Shown: in pieces, positions 39,261 through 50,464 of the stretch
Layout: the number at the start of each line of letters is the position of its first letter
Numbering within the stretch: the first letter of the stretch is position 1
Assembly: GCA_034780895.1 (NCBI GenBank)
Contig: JAUZTB010000071.1
Coordinates: 3,176,459-3,240,173, forward strand
Source of the DNA: Rhynchobatus australiae
Lineage: Eukaryota
Reading direction: 5' to 3'
Length of the DNA stretch: 63,715 bases
Program-made: the position numbers and the translations under genes
The notes under the pieces: generated by a model
The model's database searches: none
Told to the model about the DNA's origin: nothing
What the model saw: only the letters and a program-made list of their open reading frames with translations

Positions 39261-39499
39261 CTCTCAATTCCCCCATATTCTGTTCGTTTTCCTAGTTATT
39301 TTCTCTATCTGATTACTATCCATTTTCAAATCCTCCACTAGGACACACAGAGCTCTCTCCATCTCAGAGCTCTGGAATGACTCACCATTTGGATAACGTT
39401 TCTTTTCAATATGTGTCAAAATGGACAATTTTACCACATTATGCCTTTGATTGCCAGTTCTTTGCCCACTTACTTCTCCTGCCTATATACTTTTGGAGT

Positions 39500-39700
39500 A
39501 AAATCAGAAAGTATGGGAAATACTCTGCAGGGTTGCAGCATTCTGTGGATGGATAAATTGGGAATTAGAGTTCCGATTATGGGTCATTGATCTGAAATAT
39601 CAACTCTGTTTCCCTTTCCACTAAATGCTACCTGATCCAGAGTATTTCTGACACTTTGCTATTTTATTTTAGATTTCCAGTTTTGCAGTTTTTTTGCAGT
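39500..39700. mobile_element. Old Penelope-derived fold-back remnant
   Basis: GAGTTCCGATTATGGGTCATTGATCTGAAATATCAACTCTG is a decayed hammerhead with GAGTT/AACTC stem I; inverted arm remnants on either side. Confidence 0.55.
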
Positions 39701-40734
39701 TACAGTATGTCTCTTTGTAGTCTCATTCTGTCATTCCTCATAACTTTCTTACTTATCTTTACGTGTCTGCCAAACTTCACAGCCATGTCACTTTGGTGCC
39801 TTTATTTTATATACACTGGAAAGTATAGAGGCCCAGCATTCGTCCCTGCGGTACCCCACTCATTCCATCTTGCTAACCAGCGACAGGCCACCTATGCTTA
39901 TTCTCCGTTCCCTGTTAATCAGATGATCTTCCGTCCAGGGCAGTATGTTACCAATATCATGAGATCTCATTCTCTGCAATAATCCATTCAAATACATTCG
40001 GGAAACCGTACAACCACCGGTTCTCCTTCGTCCACAACACATAAGGCTCTTCGATGAACTCCACTAAATAGGTTAATCATGATTTCCCTTTCACAAAACC
40101 ACGTTTATTTTGCCTATTTATCTTTGTTTTCTTCTTCCTTTTTTGGCGTTCTGCTGTAATGTCTTTCATACGAACTTCTAACGTTTTCCTTATCACGTAT
40201 GTTTAGTAGCCTGTAATTTCGTGCTTTCCGAACCCTTCCTTTTTGAATAAATGATTTATATTCGCTGCTCTCTAATTTCGGACAAGCGCCCGTTATTTCT
40301 ATCTGTATGTTCCATTCTATCATGTGGCTACTTTTGGGGACCTATACGTTTATCCTACAATGCATTATCCCTCATTTCCACCCAAACCACTTCTACATCC
40401 TAATTTCTTGAACTCAGGGTGCCCCTCTCTGTTGCAATAGGACCAGCATTAATTAAAAGAGACACTTCTCCAGCTTTTCCGAGCTGACCGGCTTCCCTAA
40501 ATGTCATTTAATGCTTTAATGGTCAGTCCCATTCTATGTCATCCTAGAGCGATGTCTCCGAAATGTCTATCAGATCTTATATGTTTATTTCACTTTGTAT
40601 TCTCGGCATGTCTGTTTTGTTTCGCATGCTACGTACGTTCAGACTTGTACTTTTATTATTTTTGTAAACTCTAGCATCATTTGCTGATTTACTCTTCGAT
40701 TTTCATTCTCTATCCCTTGTCTTCACAATGAAAG

Positions 40735-41216
40735 AATGCAATAAAGGTTCAGCAGACTGATTCCTAGGATGGCGGGACTGTATGAGGAAAGACTAGCTCG
40801 GCTGAGTTTGTGTTCATTAGAGTTCGGAAGAATGAGAGGAGATCTCATTGAAACTCATAAAATTCCCTCGGGCTGGACAGACTGGATGAAGGGAGGGTGT
40901 TATCCATGCAGTGGTGTTTAGAAAGCAGGGTCATAGTCTCGGGATATCAGATTAAGATTATTAGGAATGACATAGGTGAAAATTCTTTACTCAGAGACTA
41001 GTGAACCTCTGGAGCTCGCTACCACAGAGAGTTGTAGAGGTCAAGCCGCTGAATGTATTTCAGAAAAAGATAAATGAAATCTGTGACACAAATAGCATCA
41101 AGGATTATAAACAGAGTGTGGGAGAGCCGTATTGAGGTTGGTCGTCAGCAATGAGACTATTTCATGGTGGAGAAGTCTTGAAGGTCTCCTGCTTCCATTT
41201 TTCTATGTTTCTATGT
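40735..41216 (+). mobile_element. CR1 3' fragment
   Basis: AAGGTTCAGCAGACTGATTCCTAGGATG..AGAATGAGAGGAGATCTCATTGAAAC..TTCTTTACTCAGAGA; tail TTTCTATGTTTCTATG. Confidence 0.85.
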
Positions 41217-41722
41217 GATTAATTATTATTTCCACCATTCCTATACGATTTTCATCCTCAGGGATGTCCGAGACCTTCGCCACTTTCCAGATTCCCACCA
41301 ACAGCCACTTCTGACACTGCCTCAATTTCTGACACGGTTGAAAACCCGCACATACATTCAACCAACCAAGCCCCTGTTCCAATGCTGTTTTCAACTTCAC
41401 GAGGTTTCTTTTCCCGCGTTATTATCGAACATCCAGAATTTCTGTTCCTGCGCTGTCGCAGTAAGATTCGAAGGACAGTAATTTAACTCCATGTACGAGA
41501 AGCTCCTGCACTTTACGCGAGTCTCTATGTCAAAATCCTATTTAGTTTTTGTTTCAAATTGTATAATGGCAATGGTGTGCAACATTCAAGTTAGGGGGAT
41601 AGCTAAGATCTTCTTTCACAAAATTGTTGAACGTTATATCTCTCGATAAATTCCATGGACATGCCAGTGTTGGCTAATCTGAGTCATTGATGTAACAACA
41701 TTTGTTTCAAGTCAACATACAT

Positions 41723-42451
41723 GAGTCAAAACGTTTCTAAAAATGATGTTTAGTGGGGGATCCACCACAAAAGATAGGACAAAGTAAAGTTAATCCATAC
41801 CACGCATTGAAGACTGNNNNNNNNNNNNNNNNNNNNNNNNNNNNNNNNNNNNNNNNNNNNNNNNNNNNNNNNNNNNNNNNNNNNNNNNNNNNNNNNNNNN
41901 NNNNNNNNNNNNNNNNNNNNNNNNNNNNNNNNNNNNNNNNNNNNNNNNNNNNNNNNNNNNNNNNNNNNNNNNNNNNNNNNNNNNNNNNNNNNNNNNNNNN
42001 NNNNNNNNNNNNNNNNNNNNNNNNNNNNNNNNNNNNNNNNNNNNNNNNNNNNNNNNNNNNNNNNNNNNNNNNNNNNNNNNNNNNNNNNNNNNNNNNNNNN
42101 NNNNNNNNNNNNNNNNNNNNNNNNNNNNNNNNNNNNNNNNNNNNNNNNNNNNNNNNNNNNNNNNNNNNNNNNNNNNNNNNNNNNNNNNNNNNNNNNNNNN
42201 NNNNNNNNNNNNNNNNNNNNNNNNNNNNNNNNNNNNNNNNNNNNNNNNNNNNNNNNNNNNNNNNNNNNNNNNNNNNNNNNNNNNNNNNNNNNNNNNNNNN
42301 NNNNNNNNNNNNNNNNNNNNNNNNNNNNNNNNNNNNNNNNNNNNNNNNNNNNNNNNNNNNNNNNNNNNNNNNNNNNNNNNNNNNNNNNNNNNNNNCCTAT
42401 CTTTTGTGGTGGATCCCCCACTAAACATCATTTTTAGAAACGTTTTGACTC
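41723..42451. repeat. Perfect 56-bp inverted repeat flanking an N gap
   Basis: 41723-41778 is the exact reverse complement of 42396-42451. Confidence 0.9.
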
Positions 42452-44677
42452 CGTGCTGCACTGGTGGTGCACATAGTTAGTTGTATTAGTTATGAACCCA
42501 AGAGTAACATCTCGTTTCACTATCTAGCCAATCTTGATCGCTGTTATTTAATTTTTCAATGTATTAGTCCGTTGAAGTATAGGATTACTGTAATTGCATT
42601 TATCACATCAGGAACTACCAACTTCTATATTACAGATTTTAGCTCCAGTTGTAACAACTATATTACCCTTTTTGGGCGGGGTGTTGGGAAAAGGCTGCAA
42701 TGGACCAGAACCAGAAACGAACCGGATGTAACTTAATTACAGTAATCAAAAATGAAACGATGCCTTACTCAAAAGGAAGTTAAATGATTCTGACGCTTGC
42801 CTGCTCATGGAAAACATATTACAAAAATATGCACATACAATACAAATGCGCACTCCATTATGCGCTATTCCATGCACATTTCAAATTCTGCAGAATCATA
42901 TTTGGATATTTACAGATTATTGGATACTATTGTTTTCTAATACTAACACCCAAACATATCAAGCATCTGCTACACTATGTGCGGACCAGTTATCAAGACA
43001 TAAGATTTCATAATCACTGCTAGGAAATCAGGATATTATACAACATACAGTACGTGAAAGGATAGTCATACATTCTGGAAAATAAAAGAAGAAAAAACAT
43101 GACTATCACTCCGAAATAAATACAAGCGAAAATACAGTGGAAAAGTGTTCGTTTTTGGCTCTTAGTTGCATTCAGAGCGCCACGCGGTTGTTTTTTATTC
43201 CTCTCTTTTCCCCTCTCCTTTCTTTTTTTATTTCCCTTTATCCTTTCCTTTCTTTAGTTCTCTCTTCATATTATGCACTTTAGAACTTTGCTTTTACTAT
43301 TTGGCAGCCTCTGGTATTNNNNNNNNNNNNNNNNNNNNNNNNNNNNNNNNNNNNNNNNNNNNNNNNNNNNNNNNNNNNNNNNNNNNNNNNNNNNNNNNNN
43401 NNNNNNNNNNNNNNNNNNNNNNNNNNNNNNNNNNNNNNNNNNNNNNNNNNNNNNNNNNNNNNNNNNNNNAGTTTTTGCGAATAGATTTCACATTTCGGGG
43501 AAAAACAGGATGAGTTGAAATACTTTGAGGCGGACAATATAAGGGGGGAAAGGCGAGCTTGTACAAATGCCTTGGATTCAGCCCTGTGCTTCAATTATCA
43601 GCAATTATATATTGAAGTCGGGTCATTGCTTTATATTGAATCTTGAGTGGTATTTCTGAAAAACAAAAGTCGCTCTCTCGACTGATCAATCCAATGGCTT
43701 TCCGTGTGCTAAAAAAGCAGTTTGTGTTACGTTGTTCGAAATTCCAAACCAGGGAAAGCACAGAAGGTATGTTTGATTAATTCCAAAACTAAATTATTGT
43801 ATTAACAATTTAAAGAACATTATGAAAATAGTCATACTGTTTAATTCAGTTCGACAGTGACAGCCGTTGCATATTTTACTTCGAATCGCAAATATCAAGA
43901 CAATTCAAGCACGTCGCCAGTGCTTTGAGAGGGAGCGAAGGGTTTTGACTCAGACACTATCACTTATTTCATGCCACGTTTAGGTTTTATTAAGCGTACT
44001 TACGGCCTAAGTTGGCAGCCAATCATCTGATATCCAAAAGAGACCCGTATTCATCATTATCCTTAAACCTAATAAACACTGATGTATTTCATAAATCAAT
44101 TTGGCTGTCCACAGACTTCTTATAAATTAATGTGCGATACATTTGGTTTCCAGTTCATTGATTAAGTCATGCTGTAAGTAAATCTAAATTAAACTGTTTT
44201 ATCTTTTTCTCTCTCTCGGCAGGGCGTTGATGGTGAGCTTGAGATGACCGAGGAGCGCTTCTTCCTATTATCAGTGTGCTGGGGAATTCATTATACATTG
44301 TGATCGGTTTAAGATTACAAATAAGCGATTTTCTTTCTGGAAGGGGGATCAAATGTACTTGGAATCAATAGAATGTGATTAGCTCCAATCAGGCAGTGAA
44401 CGCTCTATCAGATCTGGATGATACACCTTTGCAGGCAATATTTGCTTGAAAAATCTCTCCATTAAAGGTCTTCGATTTTTTCGAAAGTGTTATGACGAAG
44501 TCTATCAGTGGTAAATTGTACAACTGAACATAAATCTGATATCTACGATTTCTACTCCTTTTAAAAGTCATCGGATTCTTATTTAAAGAGTGTGGATGAA
44601 TTGTACCAGGATTCTGGCGAAGGGTGCCTGTCACTGGTGTTACGGACTAGGACTATTAGTGAGTGTCCCTTTTAGAT

Positions 44678-44695
44678 TGTGTGTGTGTGTGTGTG

Positions 44696-44733
<38 letters not shown>
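44678..44733. repeat. (GT)n microsatellite
   Basis: Direct reading, one GC interruption. Confidence 0.97.
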
Positions 44734-44735
<2 letters not shown>

Positions 44736-46739
44736 GCAAGCTAAAGTCAACAGAATANNNNNNNNNNNNNNNNNNNNNNNNNNNNNNNNNNNNNNNNNNN
44801 NNNNNNNNNNNNNNNNNNNNNNNNNNNNNNNNNNNNNNNNNNNNNNNNNNNNNNNNNTTTTATCTTATTTATTATCATAAGTAGTTATTAATAAAGTAGT
44901 TTTTAAACTTATACATGTCTCAGTGTGTTTCTGTTGTTGCTGGTTCGTAACACTGGGTAGAACGAGTACCTCCTGCAATTTCTACCAGATTATGTCATCT
45001 ATCAACGCATTTTTGCTTCGACTGCAGCAGAATATATTTGTTCGTTAAACTGATCGTGCATATCTGTGTGGCGTTCACAGCTAAAATTTCCAATATATTT
45101 CTATATATGTCAAATGTCCAACAGTCTTTTGGATTTTGAATAGAGACTGAATTAATACAATTTCTTAACTAAACTGAATTACATATTTTCAAATACATAA
45201 TGTTCTCTGGTTCTATGTTTCAGATGTTGCCCCAGGATATGACACTTGTTTTAATACGTAACTTTTCCAAGCGTCTGCTCATCCAAGTACAAAATACAAT
45301 GAAGCTCTTTGTACTTTTTTTAACTAGAGTCTACAGATAACTTAGACATTCCTCTCTGATATACAAATTATTCGCCCACTGGGACTGTGTTCACGTTTAT
45401 AGATGCAAGATAATATGCAACATTCTGTTTTTAAAAAAAATGAAATGGTTTAGGTTAAATCTAGCTGCTGCAGCATGACAGAATCCAATACCCATCTTAC
45501 ACACAACAGCACATAAATTATCCTCTTTTATTTATTCACCAACATATACCAATACACATGCATTTAGTGAAGAAAACATGAGGAAAATGTGTGTAAGAAG
45601 GGTTAATAAACGTGTGAACATTTATTTCCTATTTCAAATGATTCTTCGCATTCTCTGCGAGTAAAGTGTATCGATGATATTTCTGGAATATAGAACATTA
45701 TACTTATCCCATAATTCAACATAAATTCCCTTTCTTTGAGCTGATATTTGAGCTGCAAGAGCGAACGCTGTTTCCCAATCAGTTCTAAAGCTTTATCATT
45801 GCTCTCAAACCTCAGATGAACCTCTTGCACAATGCTTATGCATTTGAACCTCTGCTGCAGTCTGCAAGCATTGCCGACCACAGGATGTATCTGATGTTAA
45901 CAAATATTGATTATCTTGCCAATGTCATCAGGTTGGTGAAACACATGAACTTGAGTAGATGACTTCACACTTGGCGATATTATTACTGCCACGAATCACT
46001 ATTCAATCCATTGAATCAATAATTAATGCACCGAGTAACTAAACGACGTGTTATGGCAGTAAATAATGCACTGAGTCAACAATCAATCCAACTCCTCTAG
46101 TTAATTCATTGATGCACTAATTAATACACATCTGCTGTCACTACTGAATACGCACATTATTAGTTAATTGCAAGAGTTNNNNNNNNNNAGAGTTATTAAT
46201 TAATTGTGCAAATCACCAGTTAATGCACCAGATTACTAATTAATCTACAGATTTTCTTATCAATGCACTGAGTTAGTATCCGATGAATTTGGGTCACTCT
46301 GCAGGGAGTCATTGATCAATGTATTTTAGAGAGTTCTCTGGATGTAACACTTGCAAGAGTTCAGACAGATATTTTTAAATTATTGCATTTTCTTATAGCA
46401 GTAATATATTTTAACAAAATTATGTTAGTGAGAGGAAAGATTATTTTGTTATTTGCCTTAATGGTAGCAATCTTAGCCTTGAGTCAGAAAATCAGTAAAT
46501 CTAAGATTTATAGAACACTTTCGACTGGACTATCCATTCGGCCCATTCTTGTCATTTCCAGTTAAAAAAAAATCTACCCAGAGCCAACTTTTACTCAATA
46601 ATTTCGGCAAAATATCGTTCTTCAAGTTTACTTGCAGAGTTTTTGAAAAAAAAATGGCTGTAAAATAATGGATGTTTTAGTTATCATCTAGAGATATGGA
46701 AGAAAATTGGCCATAGAGATAGGAAATACCAGAGTTGTT

Positions 46740-48320
46740 CTTTCAGAATGGGGGTTAACAAACGTGGCCACCCTATTTAAGAAAGGGCAAGAGTGAAAAC
46801 AGAGGACGACTATCCCGCCTGCCTAATGTCAGTAGAAATGGTGGTGGAACCTGTGGTGAAGAATCGCATATCAGGACCGAGTAGAATCAGCATGGATTTA
46901 CAAAAGGAAGATTGCATTTGACTAGTGTGCTGGAGTTCTTTGGGAGAAATGGCACAGAACAGATGAGGAGGAAACAGTTACATTGAATTTCTTTCCATAA
47001 GGTCCCACACAGCAGTTTAGTCAACAAGGTTAGACAGCACAGAACAGGAAGTAATATATTGGTTCAGACTGTGAATTGGTTATTGGACAGAGAGCAAATG
47101 GTGAGAAAAATTGGGCCTTCTCGGGGTGGCAGGGTGTGGTTAGTGGGGTACCACATGGGTCGGTGCTTGGCCCCTGCTATTTACAATCTGTGTCAATGAT
47201 TTGGCTGAGTGGAGCTAATATATTGTGGAAAGCATATGAGGTCATCTGATTTGGTGAACATAACTGAAAAGTGGAATATTTTTTAAAGGGGAGAGATTGG
47301 CCGGTGTTGATGTTGAAAAATATCTAAAACTGTCACATTTCCCAGTTTGTATATTATGCTTAATAATATGCTGGAGGAGAATATAACGATATGTCTCATG
47401 ATGATAGGTTGAGTGAGCTAGGGCTTTTCTCTTTGGAGAGAAGGAGGATGAGAGGTGACGTGATAGAGGTGACAAGATGATAAGAGGTATAGATCGAGTG
47501 GACAGTCAGAGACTTTTTCCCAGAGTGACAATGGGTAACACGAGGGTGCATAATTTTAAGGTGATTGGAGGGAGGTATAGCGGAAGATGTCAGAAGTAAG
47601 TTTTTTTAACACAGAGAGTGGTTGGTGCGTGGAACGCACTGCCGGCAGAGGTTGTGGGGGCAGGTACATTAGGAATTAAGAGATTCTTAGATAGGCATAC
47701 GAATGGTAGAGAAATGGAGTGGTATGTGGGAGAGAAGGGGAAGGCAGATCATAGAGCAGGATAAAATGTCGGCAACACATCATAGGCTGAAAGGGCTGTA
47801 CTGTGCTGTAATGTTCTATGTTCTAATATAGACACACTTCAATGGGATATGGACAAGCTGAGTGAGTTGGCGAGAATATGTCAGATGGAATATAATGTGG
47901 AAAGATGTGAGGTCGTCTACTGTGATGTACAAAGGGCATTTTATCCTTTATTCCGAGAAGATATGAATGACGCTATATGGAAGTCATGCTACAATTGTGC
48001 AGACTGTTTCTAGAGTATTATGTGCAGTTTTGGTAAGATAGGAAAGGTAACACTTTCGAGGGGTTCCAGCGATGGCAAGTTTGCCATATCAACAGTGAGT
48101 GAGCAGACTAAATGTGTATTCCCTAGAGTTAGAAGAATGGGAGGAGATCTCATTGAACGTTACAACATTCTTACACAGCTTGCAGGTTGCACGCATTGAA
48201 GATGTGCAGCGTGACTGAAAATTCCAGAACCAAAGGTCCTTGTCGCAGGGGTATCCTACTTTGGACTGAGACGACGAGAAGTTTTTTTCACTCAAAGGAT
48301 GGTAAATTTTTGGAACCCCC
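46740..48320 (+). mobile_element. Old CR1 RT fragment with a younger CR1 nested inside
   Basis: CAGCATGGATTTACAAAAGGAAG (QHGF), AGTGGGGTACCACATGGGTCGGTGCTTGGCCCC (SGVPHGSVLGP), resumes after about 47826. Confidence 0.75.
47390..47825 (+). mobile_element. Younger CR1 3' fragment
   Basis: GAGCTAGGGCTTTTCTCTTTGGAGAGAAGGAGGATGAGAGGTGAC; tail GTAATGTTCTATGTTCTA. Confidence 0.88.
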
Positions 48321-48399
48321 TTCCCCAGATGGCTGTCTGAGTTCGGTCAAAGCTCCTGCTCTTATTTCTGAAGCTTTTTTTGGTGTCAAATACTTTTTA

Positions 48400-49070
48400 A
48401 ATATGATGAGGATTTCTGCCTCTACCACCCCTTCACACAGTGAGTCTCCCACCACCATCTGGACATGTCCTTCCCAATCTGCCCTCTAATCTTTCTGCCA
48501 AGTACTTTAAACCTAGGGCACTTGATTTTGAACCTGTCGGTTTTGCAGAACGAGTCATTCCTCTTTACTGTCAAAGCTCCTCAAAATGTTTTCTATTTCA
48601 ATTAAATCTCCACTCTGCTTCCTCTCTTCCAAAGAAAACAACGCTGTTATATGCCATCACTTCTCATAACTAAAATGTTCTAATCCCGACAACATCCTCA
48701 TAAATCTCATTTGCACCTTCTCTGTGCAATCACAGCTCACCTGTAATATGGTGACAAGAATCCAGTACTCATGCTATGGTCTAACCAGAGCTATTTACTG
48801 TTCTACCGCACCTCCACGCTTCTTATTTAATTCTGTGCCTCCGGTTTCGGCCCGTTCTGCTACTTTTAAAGGCTTGTGGACGTGCACTCCCAATGTCTCG
48901 GTATATTTCCACATCGTTCAATGTATTCTCCTATTTATTGCTCAGTCTCTTGCATTTTAGCAGCTTACTCTGTGCTTGACTTCACACTTATCTGGACTGA
49001 GATTGGTTGACACTTTTCTACCCAAGTGACCATCCCGTCAATAAATTTTCCTCCTCATTCTCAACCACAA
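48400..49070 (-). mobile_element. Decayed CR1 fragment
   Basis: TCTGCCTCTACCACCC..AACATCCTCATAAATCTC..TGGTGACAAGAATCCAGTACTC parallels the antisense of 34900-35400. Confidence 0.65.
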
Positions 49071-49365
49071 GCCCAATCGTGGATTCCATCTCCATTCCAG
49101 GGATTGAGGCATTTCGTCTAGCCTGACACATCCCTACTTTACTGAAACAAACTTCATCCTGTGAGGTGTAAACTTGAGTATGATTAGTATGTAAACTAGG
49201 TGTCTTTTTAACTATTCAAAATACTTCGTACATCAATTGAAAGGAGAGCAGGGAGTTGGTGTCATTGCCAAACTGCACACCTCAACTAGTGTAATTAAAA
49301 TCGAGTAACTACAGCTGAGCGACCTTTGTGTGGACAAATTCAGTGCAGTGTTTTTAACATAACGA

Positions 49366-49720
49366 GGGGCGACACAAGTGTCGCTTCTTCACAGCTCTGG
49401 TGTCTCGGATTCGAGTCTGACCTCCGGTGCTGTCCCTGTCAGGGTTGCAAGTTCTCCCTGTTACCAGCCGGGATTTCCCCGCGGGTGCACCAGCTTCCTG
49501 CCACACCCCAAGGACGTGTGGGTTGCCAGGTTAATTGGTCATTGTAAAATTATCCAAAGTGCAGGTAGGGGAATCGGGGGTAATTGATGAGCATGTGACA
49601 CAGAATAATTTACATGAAAATAAGTTTGGAGTGGGAGTGCGTCAGGGAATAGCTGCGATTGAAGGGAATGCACTGAAAGCCGGAGGACTCGATGAGCTGA
49701 AATGTTCTCCTGCTTTATAA
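49366..49720 (+). mobile_element. HE1-like V-SINE (tRNA-derived), decayed
   Basis: B-box-like GGATTCGAGTC, then V-domain GTTGCAAGTTCTCCCTGT..GGGATTTCCCCGCGGGTGCACCAGCTTCCTGCCACACCCCAAGGACGTG..GGTTAATTGGTCATTGTAAAATT and a CR1-like tail. Confidence 0.75.
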
Positions 49721-50004
49721 ACAGTAAGTAATGAAAATTAATTGTAATATGAAATAGCTGTTTCTCCTTTACAATAATGTATTATTTAAGATCTGGTTTG
49801 GGAAGTTGCAGTGACGTGAATGATGCTAAGTAAATGCAATTAACTGAGCAATCGCGTCAAGTATGAAATCAATGTCTTCGATCAGAGTAGTTTACAACGC
49901 GGAAGGTTTTGGATTGCACAACACGNNNNNNNNNNNNNNNNNNNNNNGCGCATCCACTTCCTTTGACGAATATTTTGTGAATTTTAAGATCAGAATCCAT
50001 AATA

Positions 50005-50464
50005 CTCAATACATCAGCACAATACATCACGGGCACATCCCTCCCCATCATTGGGAGTATCTACATGAGCTGCTGCCTCAAGAAGACAACATCCATCATC
50101 AAATATCCCCACCGATCTTCTCACAGCTCCCATTGGTCGGGAGGTACAGAAGCCTGAAGTCCCACACACCAGGTTCAGGAACAGCTACTTCCCTTCAACC
50201 ATTTGGCTCTTGAACCAACCGGCACAACCATAACCACTACCTCAGTATAGCAACACTTTGACCACTTTGCGCTACAAGGACTGGTTTTCTTTTTGTTATA
50301 ATTGTGTTGTTTCTTGTTAAGATGTGCATAATTTTAGCTTAATTTATGTTTTTCTTGTGAATGTTGTGTATGCTATGCGCCTGTGATGCTGCTGCAAGTA
50401 AGTTTTTCATTGCACCTTGCATACATGTACTTGTGCATATGTCAATAAACTCGACTTTGACTTT
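50005..50464 (+). mobile_element. Rex1/Babar LINE 3' fragment
   Basis: Frameshifted SAQYITGTSLPIIGSIY..CLKK..SIIKYPH / FSQLPLVGRYRSLKSHT / RFRNSYFPSTIWLLN; 3' UTR ending AATAAA and (GACTTT)2. Confidence 0.8.

Noticed and set aside
44389-44634. KKSK...CKG peptide as the missing upstream DCLK exon
   Set aside because: Spacing is wrong, the ALKII motif is absent and there are no matching splice sites
49366-49440. tRNA gene
   Set aside because: It is the decayed tRNA-derived head of a V-SINE and cannot fold into a cloverleaf
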